Assembly: GCA_964016885.1 (NCBI GenBank)
Contig: OZ024758.1
Coordinates: 11,284,001-11,348,000 of the forward strand
From: Eledone cirrhosa
Lineage: Eukaryota
DNA: 64,000 nucleotides
Direction: 5' to 3'
The position numbers and the translations under genes are program-made. Under the pieces are notes generated by a model. The model saw nothing but the letters and a program-made list of their open reading frames with translations. It did not search any database and was not told the origin of the DNA. Shown piece after piece: positions 1 to 15,259 of this stretch. Numbering within the stretch: position 1 is the first letter of the stretch; each line of letters opens with the position of its first letter.

Positions 1-503
1 TGGAGGGTTGTGGAACAATACGTGAAGAGAGGGCGAGGGTATTATTATGGTCACATCTTTATGAGTTGTAGTTCAACCTGGGATACAGACTAAACCCACT
101 CCTCCCTGGGACAAAATACCCACCGTCCGATGAGCTTTTTGTCCAGTGGGTGTTTTTATCCCGTTTAAAATAACCAATATATTGATTGCAGTCTTAGCGA
201 GAGGTTATAATGTCCCTCTGTCGTGTGTGATCGATTGAAGTTGAATTAAGGGGACCTTTTATTTTCGTTTTGTTTGTATATTTTGTGTGTAATATTTATA
301 AAGTTCCTTAAATTCTATTTTTATATAAAACATCAGGATTATAATATCTTACTAATTAATTCTTGCTAACTTAAATGTCAATAAAATATATAAAGATTTC
401 ATCGTAGAAAAATAGCAAAGATTAAATAAAGTAAGCATGTATGTATATAAAAAAAAAATAGCAGCGACATTTATGTATACAATATATATATATATATATA
501 GTC

Positions 504-549
<46 letters not shown>

Positions 550-553
<4 letters not shown>

Positions 554-672
554 GTAAAATTCTGTTATAACGAATGTTTTAAATACCCGGCCACCCGCTC
601 GATATGTTAGGTCGATCGTTACAACGAATTTTTTTAATAACCCGTGAATTTCATTATAACGGAATTTTACTA
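550..672. mobile_element. Tc1/mariner-type MITE
   Basis: TA-flanked terminal inverted repeats gtaaaattctgttataacgaa / ttcattataacggaattttac, about 120 bp in total. Confidence 0.6.
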
Positions 673-780
673 TATATATATATATATATATATACATACC
701 GCCTATGGAAGCTTCTTAGCTACCATCAGACACACACACATATATATATAGCAGCGAAATATTATATAGAAGAAAGTGCC

Positions 781-821
<41 letters not shown>

Positions 822-1359
822 CAACGAAGTATATAGAAGAAAGTGTGTACATGTATGTATATAGAAAAAAATAGTATCGAAATATTATATAGAAAGTGAT
901 TAGATGAATCCCATAGCAAAGAAATGGATGTTGTGGGGGCAGGGCTGATGTCATATGGTGTTCACTTGTTTAGGAGAAGAGGGGTCAAACTGGACACAGG
1001 TCAAACTATGAAAAATAAAAAAAAATGCTGACCTTGGATGGTTGTAGGTAGCGAAAACATTGTCAACACTCGGCATAGAAACTACTTTTGATATGGTTGG
1101 ACATTAAACTACTGTCATTGTGTGTGTGTATATATATAGAGAGGGAGAGGGAGAGATAGTCATATATATATATATATATATATATAGTGAGAGAGAGAGA
1201 TAGTCATATATATATTATTATATATATATAGAGAGAGATATATAGTCATATATATATTATTATATATATATAGAGAGAGAGATAGTCATATATATATAGA
1301 GAGAGAGAGACAGATAGTCATATATATATTATTATATATATATAGAGAGAGAGATAGTC

Positions 1360-1394
<35 letters not shown>

Positions 1395-1463
1395 TAGATA
1401 GTCATATATATATATAGAGAGAGAAAGAGAGATAGTCATATATATATAGAGAGAGAGATAGTC

Positions 1464-1500
<37 letters not shown>

Positions 1501-1503
1501 TAG

Positions 1504-1582
<79 letters not shown>

Positions 1583-1615
1583 TAGTCATATATATATATA
1601 GAGAGAGATAGATAG

Positions 1616-1706
<91 letters not shown>

Positions 1707-1780
1707 TATAAGATATTAATACTAATTGTAAGTTAAATAAATAACGTAAGTGCAGGCGAGAGTATATGAAAAAGAAAAAA

Positions 1781-1858
1781 CAGGGTGTCCCCAAAAATGT
1801 ATACACACTTCAACAGCATTTTAATTAAAGTGTGTATACATTTTTGGGGGACAGCCTG
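1781..1858. mobile_element. Tc1/mariner-type mini-MITE
   Basis: TIRs cagggtgtccccaaaaatgtatacacactt / aagtgtgtatacatttttgggggacagcctg. A second copy lies at 57653-57762. Confidence 0.7.
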
Positions 1859-2842
1859 TGTATACACAGGGATAAACACCACCACTACCTACCACCGCCA
1901 AAGGGGTCTTATACGCGGTTCTATTACCACTACATTGTCACCAAAATTACCTTCACCTCGTCACAGCCGTTACCATGTCACCGCCATCGCCACTATTCTG
2001 TCATCTTTACCACCACCAGCACCACCTCGTCACCATTTCCACCCCACCCCCCTGTCATAACCACTACCACCTCGTCACCACCATTACCACCACCACCACC
2101 TCGTCCCCCCCTGTCATAACCACCACCACCTCGTCACCACCATTACCACCACCACCACCTCGTCACCCCCCCTGTCATAACCACCACCACCTCGTCACCA
2201 TTTCCACCCCGTACCCCCTGCCATAACCATCACCACCTCGCCACCATTCACCCCCGCCCCTGTCATAACCACCACCACCACCACCACCACCACGTCGTCA
2301 CCATTACCACACCACGTTGTCACCGTTACCATCACCACCACTTTGTTACCACCATCGCCACCACTGTATCACCATTACCACCCCCCTCGTCACCACACCT
2401 CGTCACCATTACCACCACCACCCCCTGTCACCACCATCGCCGCCACCTTGTTACCATCATCATCACCACCACCAACATCATCGCTTTCAGTTATTCCCCC
2501 CTTGCCCTTGTTTTTTCATTCATTCTTTTCTTCCTTCCTTCCTTTCTTTCTATGCTCAGGTGCATACCCCCCCCCCACACATACACATACAGACATATAC
2601 ACATACATACATATACACATACACATACAGACATATACACATACAGACATATACACAGATACCCACACATACAGACACACACAGACACACATAGATACAC
2701 ATACCCCCCACACACATACATACATACATATACACATACAGACATATACACAGATACCCACACACACAGACATACACAGACACACATACCCCCCCCCCCC
2801 ACATACACACACAGTAGAAGCCACTTCCTTCTAATCAGAGAT

Positions 2843-3028
2843 AATTGTTTCTACTTTTGGCACAAGGCCAGCAATTACCCAGTGTATTACTGGTACTTTA
2901 TTTTATCGACCCCGTAAGGATGAAAGGCAAAGTTAACCTCGGCGGGATTTGAACTCAGAATGGCAAGGGCCGTAACTCTATGCTTCAAAGCATGACGTCC
3001 GACGCTCTACCGATACTGCCAATCCACA
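2843..3028 (-). mobile_element. tRNA-derived SINE
   Basis: A/B-box-like head (tggcagtatcggta...gagttcaaatccc) plus the conserved core tttgcctttcatccttacggggtcgataaaataaagtaccag, which resembles the Nin/Deu SINE core. Many copies in the window. Confidence 0.85.
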
Positions 3029-3079
3029 GTTCAGAGATAATGTTATCAAACTTAGTGTCGAACATATTCAGAATATTGT

Positions 3080-3648
3080 TAAATAATCTGCTTAATGTTA
3101 TCAGTCGGTTATTGTTATCTAAATATTCTGCTTGCTGTTATCAGACGGTTATTGTTATCTAAATAGTGTTTAATGTTATCAGTCGGTTATTGTTATCTAA
3201 ATATTCTGCTTAATGTTATCAGATGGTTATTGCTATCTGAGTATTCTGGTTAATGTTCTCAGACGGTTATTGTTATCTGAGTATTCTGGTTAATGTTATC
3301 AGACGGTTATTGGCAGTATCGGTAGAGGGTCGGACGCCATGCTTTGAAGCATAGAGTTACCTCCCTGTATGATCTGAGTTCAAATCCCGCCGAGGTTAAC
3401 TTTGCCTTTCATCCTTACGGGGTCGATAAAATAAAGTACCAGTAATGCACTGGGTATTTGCTGGCCTTGTGCCAAAAGTAGAAACAATTATCTAAATATT
3501 CTGTTTAATGTTATCAGACGGTTATTGTTATCTGAGTATTCTGGTTAATGTTATCAGATGGTTACTGTTATCTGAGTATTCTGGTTAATGTTATCAGATG
3601 GTTACTGTTATCTGAGTATTCTGGTTAATGTTATCAGATGGTTATTGT
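3080..3648. repeat. 40-bp minisatellite interrupted by a SINE
   Basis: Unit ttaatgttatcagatggttattgttatctgagtattctgg. Confidence 0.85.
3311..3491 (+). mobile_element. tRNA-derived SINE inserted in a 40-bp minisatellite
   Basis: Same family as 2843-3028, opposite orientation. Confidence 0.85.
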
Positions 3649-3685
3649 GTTCACTTTAAGAGTGAGTCTTTTAGATAACAATAAC

Positions 3686-3842
3686 CATCTGATGGGATGA
3701 CAGAGTTCTTTGACATACTGGCTGGAGTGCTCCAGGAAAATACATTGGCTCCCTACCATTTTATCATCGTAGTGGACTATTGTATGCGCCTTGAACTGGA
3801 GAAACACCAGGACTTTGGCTTTATTGTAGCACCGGGAGAAGG
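3686..3842 (+). mobile_element. RTE-group LINE reverse-transcriptase fragment
   Basis: Translates to DGMTEFFDILAGVLQENTLAPYHFIIVVDYCMR, a degenerate GVxQGDxLxP RT motif. Confidence 0.75.
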
Positions 3843-4194
3843 ACTGAGTTTAAGCAAATTCTTTGCTTAAACTTTAATCTGTTATTTTAATAAATATATA
3901 TATATATATATGTGTGTGTATGTGTGTGTGTGTGTGTGTATGTATGAGAGTGTATGTGTAAGTGAGTATGCATGTGTGTGAGTGTTTAGTACAACCCTTT
4001 CTCGCAAGGTACACAAATGTTCAATCGATTCAAGATATTCACCATTTTAACATATTATCTGACTGGAGAGAACGAAAACAACTCTGAATGATTTAGATAA
4101 GGTGACAGTCTATAGATTGTTTTAGATAACATTACTCAGGCTGATATAAGAACAAGCTCTAGCTCTAACTCTAACATAACATTATCTAAAACAA

Positions 4195-4506
4195 GGGCAG
4201 TGGATTGGCAGTATTGGTAGAGGGTCGGACGCCATGCTTTGACGCATAGAGTTACGGCCCTTGCCATTCTGAGTTCAAATCCCGCCGAGATTAACTTTGC
4301 TTTTCATCCTTACGGGGTCGATAAAATAAAGTACCAGTAATGCACTGGGGTAATAGCTGGCCTTGTGCCAAAAGTAGAAACAATTATCTGAGTTCAAATC
4401 CCGCCGAGGTTAACTTTGCCTTTCATCCTTACGGGGTCGATAAAATAAAGTACCAGTAATGCACTGGGGTAATAGCTGGCCTTGTGTCAAAAGTAGAAAC
4501 AATTAT
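4195..4506 (+). mobile_element. tRNA-derived SINE with tandem duplication of its 3' 119 bp
   Basis: Full copy at 4195-4387 followed by a repeat of the B-box-to-tail part. Confidence 0.8.
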
Positions 4507-5669
4507 CTAAAATAAAGTAAAATCGTTAGAATTCCAATGAAAAAATAGAATGGAAAGCCTTGCCTAGCCATGTAGAAGACAGGCATTAAATTGAGAGACT
4601 AAAGCTTTATATACTATCTTAACCCTTTAGCATTTCAACTGGCTGTACTCAGCCAGAATTCTCTCACCTCTTTCTGTTGAAACCGGTCGTAACTGGCCAC
4701 TCATACTGATGTTAAGGTATTGTTCTCATTGTCTGTGTATTTGTTCCGGCTCTCTGCTCCCTAAATTTAAACCTAGCCAAGATCAAATTTACCTTCCTTA
4801 ATTTCAGGTTTGATAAATATAATACTAGCCCAGGAGCAGAAGGTTGGCAGAATTAACCCCTTTTTTAATACTAAACCACCAAAATATCCCTTAACCCCTT
4901 GTGATATTAACCCTTTAGCATTTACATTACTCTATCATATGATATTACTATCATATTTTCACTAGTCCAGGAGCAGAAGGTTGGCAGAATTAATCCCTTT
5001 TTTAATACTAAACCACCAAAATATCCCTTAACCCCTTGTGATATTAACCCTTTAGCATTTACATTACTCTATCATATGATATTACTATCATATTTTCATG
5101 GTAAAGGCTTTACCTCACATAATTATTTCACATCTATGAGATTCTGATATTATTTATTTAGAGAACAATACCTTAACATTGGTATTAGTGGCCAGTTATG
5201 GCCGGTTTGAACAGAAAGAGGTGAACGAGTTCTGGCCAGATATGGCCGGTTTAAATACTAAAGGCTTAAACCGACTGTAAACTATCTTTTATGGTTTCAC
5301 TCGACTATTTAATTGAAGAGTTCTCATATCTGCTGAACATACAAATCATAGCAATACTGCTGGATTAACTCTAGCTTCTCTCCTGAGGCTTGACAAACTA
5401 TAGCAACCCTCAACAATCTCATTAATTCAATGTTAGTTTAATCAATTTTTATTTTTCAATTAAATTCCATAAATTTCTTGTTTTGTTTGATTTGGTTTTT
5501 TCCACAACAAAATTACAATAAATTATAAAAAGTATAAATAAACATTGAAAACAGATAAAATATTTAATTTATGGCCGTGACTGGGACTTTGACAAAAAAC
5601 AACAACAAATTTAGTAGTGACAGAGTATCAAGGATCCCTTGTGGCTTTCTATTATTGAAACAACAACAG

Positions 5670-6065
5670 GAGATGATGGTGGGGATGATGATGATGGTGG
5701 TGGTGATGGTAGTGGTGATGATGATGTTGGTGATGATGATGGTGGTGATGGTAGTGGTGATGATGATGTTGGTGTTGATGGTAGTGGTGATGATGATGTT
5801 GGTGATGATGATGGTGGTGATGATGATGTTGGTGATGATGGTGGTGGTGGTGGTGGTGGTGGTGGTGGTGGTGATGATGATTATGTTGGTGGTGGTGATG
5901 ATGATGATTGTGGTGATGGTAGTGGTGATGATGATGTTGGTGATGATGGTGGGGGTGATGGTGATGATGATGGTGGTGGTGGTGGTGGTGGTAGTGGTGG
6001 TGATGATGATTATGTTGGTGGTGGTGATGATGATGATGATGGTGATGGTGGTGGTGATGATGATG
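5670..6065. repeat. (GAT/GGT)n compound trinucleotide tract
   Basis: Low-complexity tract. Similar tracts at 1960-2480, 8345-9085, 11020-11830 and 54942-55730. Confidence 0.9.
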
Positions 6066-7773
6066 CATACTGCAAAGTGCACTAGGTGTATTTTGTCATT
6101 GTACCAGCCCCAGGGGATGCTGTCTTGTCCTTGACACAACCGAAGAGCTCTCCTGACCCTTTGTTTGGCAAAGTTATCTATGGCTGAGTAACCCCCCCCC
6201 CCCCATTACAGAGTGTACTTATCATGTCACCAACACTAGAGAGATTGTTGTGCCCTCGACACAACCGAAGACTCATTTTGACATAGTTATGTTGGTGCCA
6301 CGCCATCCAGGCCGAAACATATGAGATCGTGTAGGTGTCACGACAAAAAAACACACAGTCCACGCTGTAATGTGGCCGTGTAGGCAACATGGTAAAAACC
6401 TCCCAGACCCACACTGTAAATGTGGTTGGTGTTAGGAAGGGCATCCAACTGTAGAAAACCTGCCAGACAGTCCTATGCGAGCAAGACAATCACTCTTGCC
6501 TCAAGTGGGAATACCCCCGTTCAAACCCATGCAAGCGTGGAACACGGACGTTAAACGTTGATGATGATGATGATGATGATGATTCTATAGCTGGATTCCC
6601 TTCCTCTCTCCACTCCCATTACAGAGTCTACTGGGTACATTTATCATGTGAAAATAGAATGTTTTACCAAGATATGGTTCTCTGCCCCATCTAGCTTCCA
6701 GCTGAATGATTTTATTTTATTTTATTTTATTTTATTTTTCTTCAGACATTTTAAAACAATTTATAAATTGGAAGTTTTGGTCAAAAATTCCTTAAACTTT
6801 TGAGGAGTCTAAAAATATCTACAATCAGAGTTAATAAAGGAAGGAACCCATAAACTTGTTTCTCTTTGGGAAGGTGAAATCTTAATTTCATCTTTTTCTT
6901 TAATTTTTTTTTTATATTCCACTTCATAAAAATTACCATTTGCCTTTTAAATTCCACAGCCTATTTTCTATTTTTTTCACTAAAAACATAACAAACAGTA
7001 ATTTCAAACTTGTTTTTATCACTGATTTGAATTTATGAAAAAGAAAACAGAAAAAAAAAATCTTTCTTTTCCTTTTTTGTTGCTATTTCGTTGTATTTTG
7101 TGTTGTCTGAAAATATTTAACCCATCTAAAAAGTAAATTGAATTTGTTTAAATTTATTAGTATTATATAAGCGCACAAGTACAGATTAAATCAATAAAAA
7201 GGTAGACAGACATTGTTAACATACAAAAAAAGTCACTACACTGATTACTGAGATTTTTTCTCTCTCGACTGAAAATTCAACAACAACAACAACAACAATA
7301 ACAACACACAAAACAAATCAACAAAAAACAAACAAACAAAAAACTGCCAAAAAAAATGTAAATCAAAATAATTTAATGTAGAAGAAATCTTTTAAGAGAG
7401 GAAAACGCCATGTAAAAAGTAGGCGATCAATAGAATTTAGTGGAAATATAAGTTCAATAAATGATTAGACAAAAATACTAATATAAGCTGGAAATAAAAA
7501 TAACATGTTGTAAATAAAAGTCAGTGTTATTGTGAAATTGACTTGAATGTGTTAAATCGAAGTTCAATTGGAAATAGAGGTATTGATTGATTTGGTAATA
7601 ATTGTTTCTACTTTAGGCACAAGGCCAGCAATTATCTCAGTATATTACTGGTACTTTATTTTATCGACCCCGTAAGGATGAAAGGCAAAGTTAACCTCGG
7701 CGGGATTTGAACTCAGATCGTAAAGGGATGTAACTATGATTTGGTAATAATGTGAGGTAATGAAGGGTCTGTT

Positions 7774-8233
7774 GACAAACCCCTTCCAACACATGTTAGC
7801 AAGGGAAGGGACAAACCCTTCAAACACATGTTAGCAAAGGAAGGGACAAACCCTTCAAACACATGTTAGCAAAGGAAGGGACAAACCCTTCAAACACATG
7901 CTAGCAAGGTAAGGGACAAAACCCTTCTAACCCATGTTAGCAAAGGAAGGGACAAACCCTTCAAACACATGTTAGCAAGGGAAGGGACAACACCCTTCTA
8001 ACCCATGTTAGCAAGGGAAGGGACAAACCCTTCAAACACATGTTAGCAAGGGAAAGGACAGACTCTTCCAACTCTTGTTAGCAAGGAAGGGGACAAACCT
8101 TTCCAATTCTTGTTAGCAAATAAGGGAATAAAGCTGTTCCCACCCATGTTAGGAAAAGGAGGGGACAAACCCTTCCAACTCTTGTTAGCAGAGAAGGGAT
8201 AGACCCTTCAAACACATGTTGGCAAGGAAGGAC
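7774..8233. repeat. 35-bp minisatellite
   Basis: Unit acaaacccttcaaacacatgttagcaaaggaaggg, about 13 copies. Confidence 0.9.
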
Positions 8234-8543
8234 AATGATACAACTAACCATTGATCTCCTAACCTTATAGATTTTTAGAAATGAAAAATTGTCTTTCTCT
8301 CACAATGTTATTTTTGTCAATGTACTTGACATTTTAAATACAAGTTGTTGTTGCTGTTGGTGTTGGTGGTGCTGTGGGTGGTGGTGGTGGTGGTGGTGGT
8401 GGTGCAGTTGATGGTGGCAGTGTTGTTGTTGTTGTTGGTGGTGCTGTTGGAGCTGTTGTTGTTGTTGGTGCTGTTGTTGGTGATGGTATTGATATTGTTG
8501 GTAATGTTGATAGATGGTGATGGTAGAGGTGATGATGATATGT

Positions 8544-8577
<34 letters not shown>

Positions 8578-8886
8578 GGGGAGGACGTGGACAGTTTTGA
8601 AGACTGCAGACATTGATTAAATGTCTAAAATGTCTGAGATGAATTAGTGTTGTTAATATAGTGGTGGTGGTGGTGGTGGCGGCGGCAATGGTGGTGGGCG
8701 TGGTGGCGGGGATAGTGGTGGTGGTGGTGGTTGCGGTGGTGACGGTGGTGACGGTGGTGACGGTGGTACTGGCAGTGGTGGTGGTGGTGGTTGCGGTGGT
8801 GACGGTGGTGACGGTGGTACTGGCAGTGGTGGTGGTGGTGATTATGACAATTATAATAGTGATTGTGTTTGTTATAATGTTGATAG

Positions 8887-8962
<76 letters not shown>

Positions 8963-9422
8963 GTTGGTGCCTGTAGCAGTGGCAGTGGTGGGGGTTGGTT
9001 GAAGCGGTGGCGTTTGTAAGGGTATGCTGTCACTGGTGGTGGTGGTGATGATGATAATAGGGATGATGATGATGATGATGTTGATAAGAAAGGGCAAACA
9101 AGGTCACTTCTCCCATGTTATATTGATGAGGCCTCAATAATCTCAGAAATGTATAAAAGTAATCTTTTACATGTTTCTGTGCCTCAGAGAAATAGTTGAT
9201 AGTTGTTGGTGAAAAGAAACTGTATCTACCTTAAGTTTACCTTAATAGCTTCAAACATATGGTGTGTTGAATCATTAAGAATGAAACAGTTCTAGTCCTG
9301 TAGAAGTCATGTTTATAACAACATAAACATAGCTTTACTCTACTAAAGTATTGAGTACCTTTTTTAACCTGTGGTCACCTATCGATATATATTGAGAATC
9401 TACGTATTATATACATATATAC

Positions 9423-9460
<38 letters not shown>

Positions 9461-10188
9461 CTTCTACCTGGAGTTGCGACCGATAGATAGTATTAGCAAT
9501 TGGAAAGACCAACGGAAACATTGTTCCCTCGGTCCGATTTGACGAAAGTCGATCGTTCCTTTAAATATATACTAACGAATATTATTATTGGTATTCGAAA
9601 AACTCAGATTACATTTATATATATATATGTATATATATATCATCATCATCATTATCATCATTTTACGTCCGCTTTTCCCCTGCTTGCAAGGGTGGGACGG
9701 GAACTGATTCTGGCTTGATTTCTACAGCTGGATGCCCTTCCTAGCACCAACCTCATTTACAGTGAGTACTGGGTGCTTTTTTGTCGTGGCACCTACACGT
9801 CCACTTTACAGTGGAATGATAGGGACCCCAGTCCCTATCATCTCATTTCTACAGCTGAGTAAACTGGAGCAATGTGAAATAAAGTGTCTTGCTCAAGGAA
9901 ACAACACATCACTCGGTCTGAGAATTGAACTCACAATCTTTGGATTGCAAGGCCAATGCTCTAACCACTAAGCCATGTGCCTCCATATATATATATATAT
10001 AAATGAAGTAATTCCGTTGGAAAAGTCCAGGAAAAAAGAGTGCTCTATGTAGGTTACAGAGCTTAATAGTTATGTAATAAACAACATCAGATAATTATTT
10101 CATTTATCTGTGGTTTCTTGAAAGCAAATTTTGTTTGCTTTCAATAAACCACTGGTAAATGAAATAATTATCTTGTTGTTTATTACAT

Positions 10189-10291
<103 letters not shown>

Positions 10292-10396
10292 TGAACTTAT
10301 ATATATTTGTAGATAATTATAGAACAGATAATTAAATACCAATTAAATACATTCCAACCATTTCCAAAGATATGTCATATCTTTTGGGGGATAATT

Positions 10397-10798
10397 CCTT
10401 CTTCTTCTTCTTCTTCTTCTTTCCCTTCTTCTTCTTCTTCTTCTTCTTCTTCTTCTTCTTCTTCTTTCCCTTCTTCTTCTTCTTCTTCTTCTTCTTCTTC
10501 TTCTTCTTCTTCTTTTCCTTCTTCTTCTTCTTCTTCTTCTTCTTCTTCTTCTTCTTCTTCTTCTTCTTCTTCTTCTTTTCCTTCTTCTTCTTCTTCTTCT
10601 TCTTCTTCTTCTTCTTTTCCTTCTTCTTCTTCTTCTTCTTCTTCTTCTTCTTTTCCTTCTTCTTCTTCTTCTTCTTCTTCTTCTTCTTCTTCTTCTTCTT
10701 CTTCTTCTTCTTCTTCTTCTTCTTCTTTTCCTTCTTCTTCTTCTTCTTCTTCTTCTTCTTCTTCTTCTTCTTCTTCTTCTTCTTCTTCTTCTTCTTCT
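10397..10798. repeat. (TTC)n microsatellite, about 400 bp
   Basis: Pure pyrimidine strand with periodic TTT-TCC interruptions. Confidence 0.95.
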
Positions 10799-11028
10799 CC
10801 TCCCCCATACCCCCCACCCTATACTATATATAAATATCTCACTAATTCTTACTAACTAACTCCATCATATCTTCTTTTATTTGTTTGTTTCAATGTTTTG
10901 TTTCTTTATTTTATTGACCCAGCCGAGATCAAAGATAAAATTGGTCATTGATTGGTGATTCTGAAAATATTAGTAATGTGTCTAGCCTGCAGTTTCACTA
11001 TCTCGGCCACATCTCACTTTCTATCATC

Positions 11029-11074
<46 letters not shown>

Positions 11075-11167
11075 CCATCATCATCACCATCACCATCATC
11101 ATCATCACCATCATCACGATCATCATCGTCACCATCATCACCATCATCATCATCATCAACATCATCA

Positions 11168-11198
<31 letters not shown>

Positions 11199-11413
11199 CA
11201 TCATCATCGTCACCATCATCACCATCATCATCATCATCAACATCATCACCATCATCATCATCATCATCAACATCATCATCATCACAACTGCCACCACCAA
11301 CATGATACATCTAACATTCTATCACCATCATCATCATCATCATCATCATCACCAACACCATCACACATCTAACATTCTATCATCATAATCAGTATCCCCA
11401 TCATCCCCCCATT

Positions 11414-11450
<37 letters not shown>

Positions 11451-11778
11451 CCACCACCACCACCACCACCATCATCATCATCACCACCATCACCATCATC
11501 ACCACCACCACCATCACCATCATCATCATCACCACCATCACCGTCATCATCACCACCACCACACCACCACCACCATCACCATCATCATCATCATCACCAC
11601 CATCATCACCACCATCACCACCACCACCACCACCATCATCCCCATCACCATCATCCTCATCACCACCACCACCACCACCACCACCACAACCACCATCATC
11701 ATCACCACCACCACCACCACCACCACCATCATCCTCATCACCACCAACACCACCATCATCATCACCACCATCATCCTC

Positions 11779-11811
<33 letters not shown>

Positions 11812-12377
11812 GCCATCACCATCATCACACATCTAACAGAAATAATAAAAAACCAATCAATTCTAAATGAAAATAATTCAATAAAGATATTTGTGAAGAA
11901 GTTTCAAATTAGAAATTACAATATTTCTGTGATCAGTTAATGGAAAATAGAAATATTGTCTAAATAATAATAAAATATATCTGTTGTATCTTGAGGCCGA
12001 ATAGTTTAACACATTTATTGTTCTCTTAATTTAGAGAGTTCTTCTTCTTTGAGGAAATAAGTGGTGTTTTTTTGTTTGTTTGTTGTTTTTGAGTTGTTGT
12101 TTGTTTGTTTGTTTGAAACTGTAATAAAAACCAATAAAGTTCAGCAGATCTTGAGCCCCTATAACTATTCTATCAACTCCCACACCCTACTTTATCATTA
12201 TTGTAATACTCTCCTCTGCAGGGCCAGGCTTTCACCTGTTGAGGTTCTATAACCCATGCTAGCGTAGGAGATAGACGTTAAACGATGATGATGATGATGA
12301 TGGAATTTCTGGCCCTTCTCTAAAACCATATAATTATCATTTTTTTATATTAAAATTAATAATAAAGAATAGATTAT

Positions 12378-12442
<65 letters not shown>

Positions 12443-12631
12443 TTAAAACAATGAAATTAAACACAAAACTGTTAATTCATAGTAAAAACTCATTATTTTA
12501 CGATCGTTTCTGGGGGGGGGGGGGGTTAGTTCCCTGTATGTTCATTCAATTATTGATCTATGTAAAACATATTACAAAATTACATTGAGTTCTTCCTATG
12601 GTTTAGACCCTACAATTGATTGGTAGATTTA

Positions 12632-12694
<63 letters not shown>

Positions 12695-12877
12695 CAAAGG
12701 AATTGTGGTAAGGAACCAGATGGACCATGACGCACCAGAGTACTCAATACTTTAGGGTAGTAGAGTGGGTAATAGGAAAATGTTTAAACCCGACGGCAGA
12801 GCTCAAGCTGTTTCGACGGCTATTTCCAGAAATAGCCGTCAAAACGGCTTGAGCTCTGCCGTCGGGGTCTTGAACTT

Positions 12878-12908
<31 letters not shown>

Positions 12909-13097
12909 ACGAAGGAAATGTGGTAAGGAACCAGGTGGACCATAACGCACCAAAGTACTCAATACTTAGGGTAGTAGAGTGGGTAATAGGAACGAGTAGG
13001 ACCCCGACGGCTGAGCTCAAGCCGTTTCGACGGCTAATTCGCGTCCAGAATTAGCCGTCGAAACGGCTTGAGCTCAGCCGTCGGGGTCCTACTCGTT

Positions 13098-13201
<104 letters not shown>

Positions 13202-13365
13202 ATATTTATATATATATAAATATGTGCTGATGGAATTGAACTGGAAAAAACAGACACTGTGATATTCCTTGTTGTAACATCTCACCTCATGTTTCAACTG
13301 GATCAAATAGGCTCGTTAGTACAGGTAGGAATTGCATTTGGTGAAGGGTATTTCAGGAAGGAAGT

Positions 13366-13830
13366 TTCTAGAGTGGCACCCCAACAACTGGCTGTACCAG
13401 TGGCACATCTAGAGTGGCACTCCTCAAACATCTAGCTGCACCAGTGGCTCATCTAGAGCGGCACTCCAATGACTGACTGTACCAGTGGCACATCTAGAGT
13501 GGCACTCCTCAAACATCTAGCTGCACCAGTGGCTCATCTAGAGCGGCACTCCAATGACTGACTGTACCAGTGGCACATCTAGAGTGGCACTCCTCAAACA
13601 TCTAGCTGCACCAGTGGCTCATCTAGAGCGGCACTCCAATGACTGACTGTACCAGTGGCACATCTAGAGTGGCACTCCTCAAACATCTAGCTGCACCAGT
13701 GGCTCATCTACAGTGGCACTCCAACACCTAGCTGCACCAGTGGCACTCCAACACCTAGCTGCACCAGTGGCACTCCAACACCTAGATGCACCAGTGGCAC
13801 CAGTGGCACTCCAACACCTAGATGCACCAG
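13366..13830. repeat. 85-bp compound minisatellite decaying into about 27-bp units
   Basis: Alternating subunits built on ccagtggc(a/t)catctagag(t/c)ggcactcc. Confidence 0.85.
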
Positions 13831-14043
13831 TTACAGGGACATAATTGATAGTTTAATGAAATCAAAGCTGGTAATTGACAGCGACATTATTCCAGTAATA
13901 GTCAATTTAAAACTGTAGATTATGTTGTCAGTTGAATTAAGACAATCCTGCTTCTTTTACTTTCAAAATGGATGGAAAGAATTAGTTGGAAGAATTCTTG
14001 GTTAAATAATTATTTTTGTCTTGCCAGACACTTGCTATTTCTT

Positions 14044-14139
<96 letters not shown>

Positions 14140-14160
14140 GTATAATCCTGATTGTGGGAT

Positions 14161-14222
<62 letters not shown>

Positions 14223-14288
14223 ATACATACAAACACTTGTAAGCCATGCTACCATGGAAAAATGGATGTTAAACGATGATATATATAT

Positions 14289-14371
<83 letters not shown>

Positions 14372-14552
14372 ATTAAATAAATGGAAAACTATATTTATAA
14401 AACCATATCTATTTCATTATATATATTTCGGGGATATCATATTAACAATATGCTATGCCTTCATCAGACAAAATACAATATAAACAGTTTTAATGAAGTT
14501 GATGTTTATTACGGTATGTCGAATATATTTATCTATAAAACTGTTTATATTG

Positions 14553-14618
14553 TATTTTGTCTGATGAAGGCATAGCATATTGTTAATATGATATCCCCGA
14601 AATATATATAATGAAATA
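14553..14618 (+). ncRNA. Type I hammerhead ribozyme motif (mirror copy on - strand at 14410-14475)
   Basis: tattttgt-CTGATGA-long stem II-GAAA-tatata-TA-atgaaata. Stem I is 8 bp with 2 G-U pairs; helix III is palindromic. Confidence 0.7.
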
Positions 14619-15259
14619 GATATGGTTTTATAAATATAGTTTTCCATTTATTTAATATTGTAAATATACTCCAAGTATTTGTCGAGTGCTTTTATATCAG
14701 TTATAAATATTTACTAGTTGTAACCCAACAATTTTAAATATAACTTTACATATATATATATATATATTTTTTTTTAAGTGTGTTTGTATATATATATATA
14801 TACACACAATTGCTACAATTTCTAATCCCAGTGCCAACCATGACTACCACCAATGACATCATCACTGATTGAAAATTTTACAATCCATGTCATATTACCA
14901 TGGCGATAAATGTGGAAATTTAGTGTGGGTGGAAATTAGAAAAATAAAAATAAAAAGACCAGAATTAGTTTGATGTTTGAGAATGTTCCAAATAAATTGG
15001 TAAATAATAGATTACTATTTAGATTTAATGAGATTTTTATCTAATCCTGGACGAGACAGAGATTAAAGAGAGAATTTTGTAAATTGTTTATGGTTCGTTA
15101 ATTTTCTTTTCCTTCCAATCAATATTTTGTTTTGCTTCATATATTTTAGGTTTCTTTTATAACGATAATTATTCAATAATTATTAAATAATTATTTGATA
15201 CTTATTCAAGCCCAGCTATGAGAAAAGAGTTTCCTCGAAAAACCACCGTTTAAATTGTC

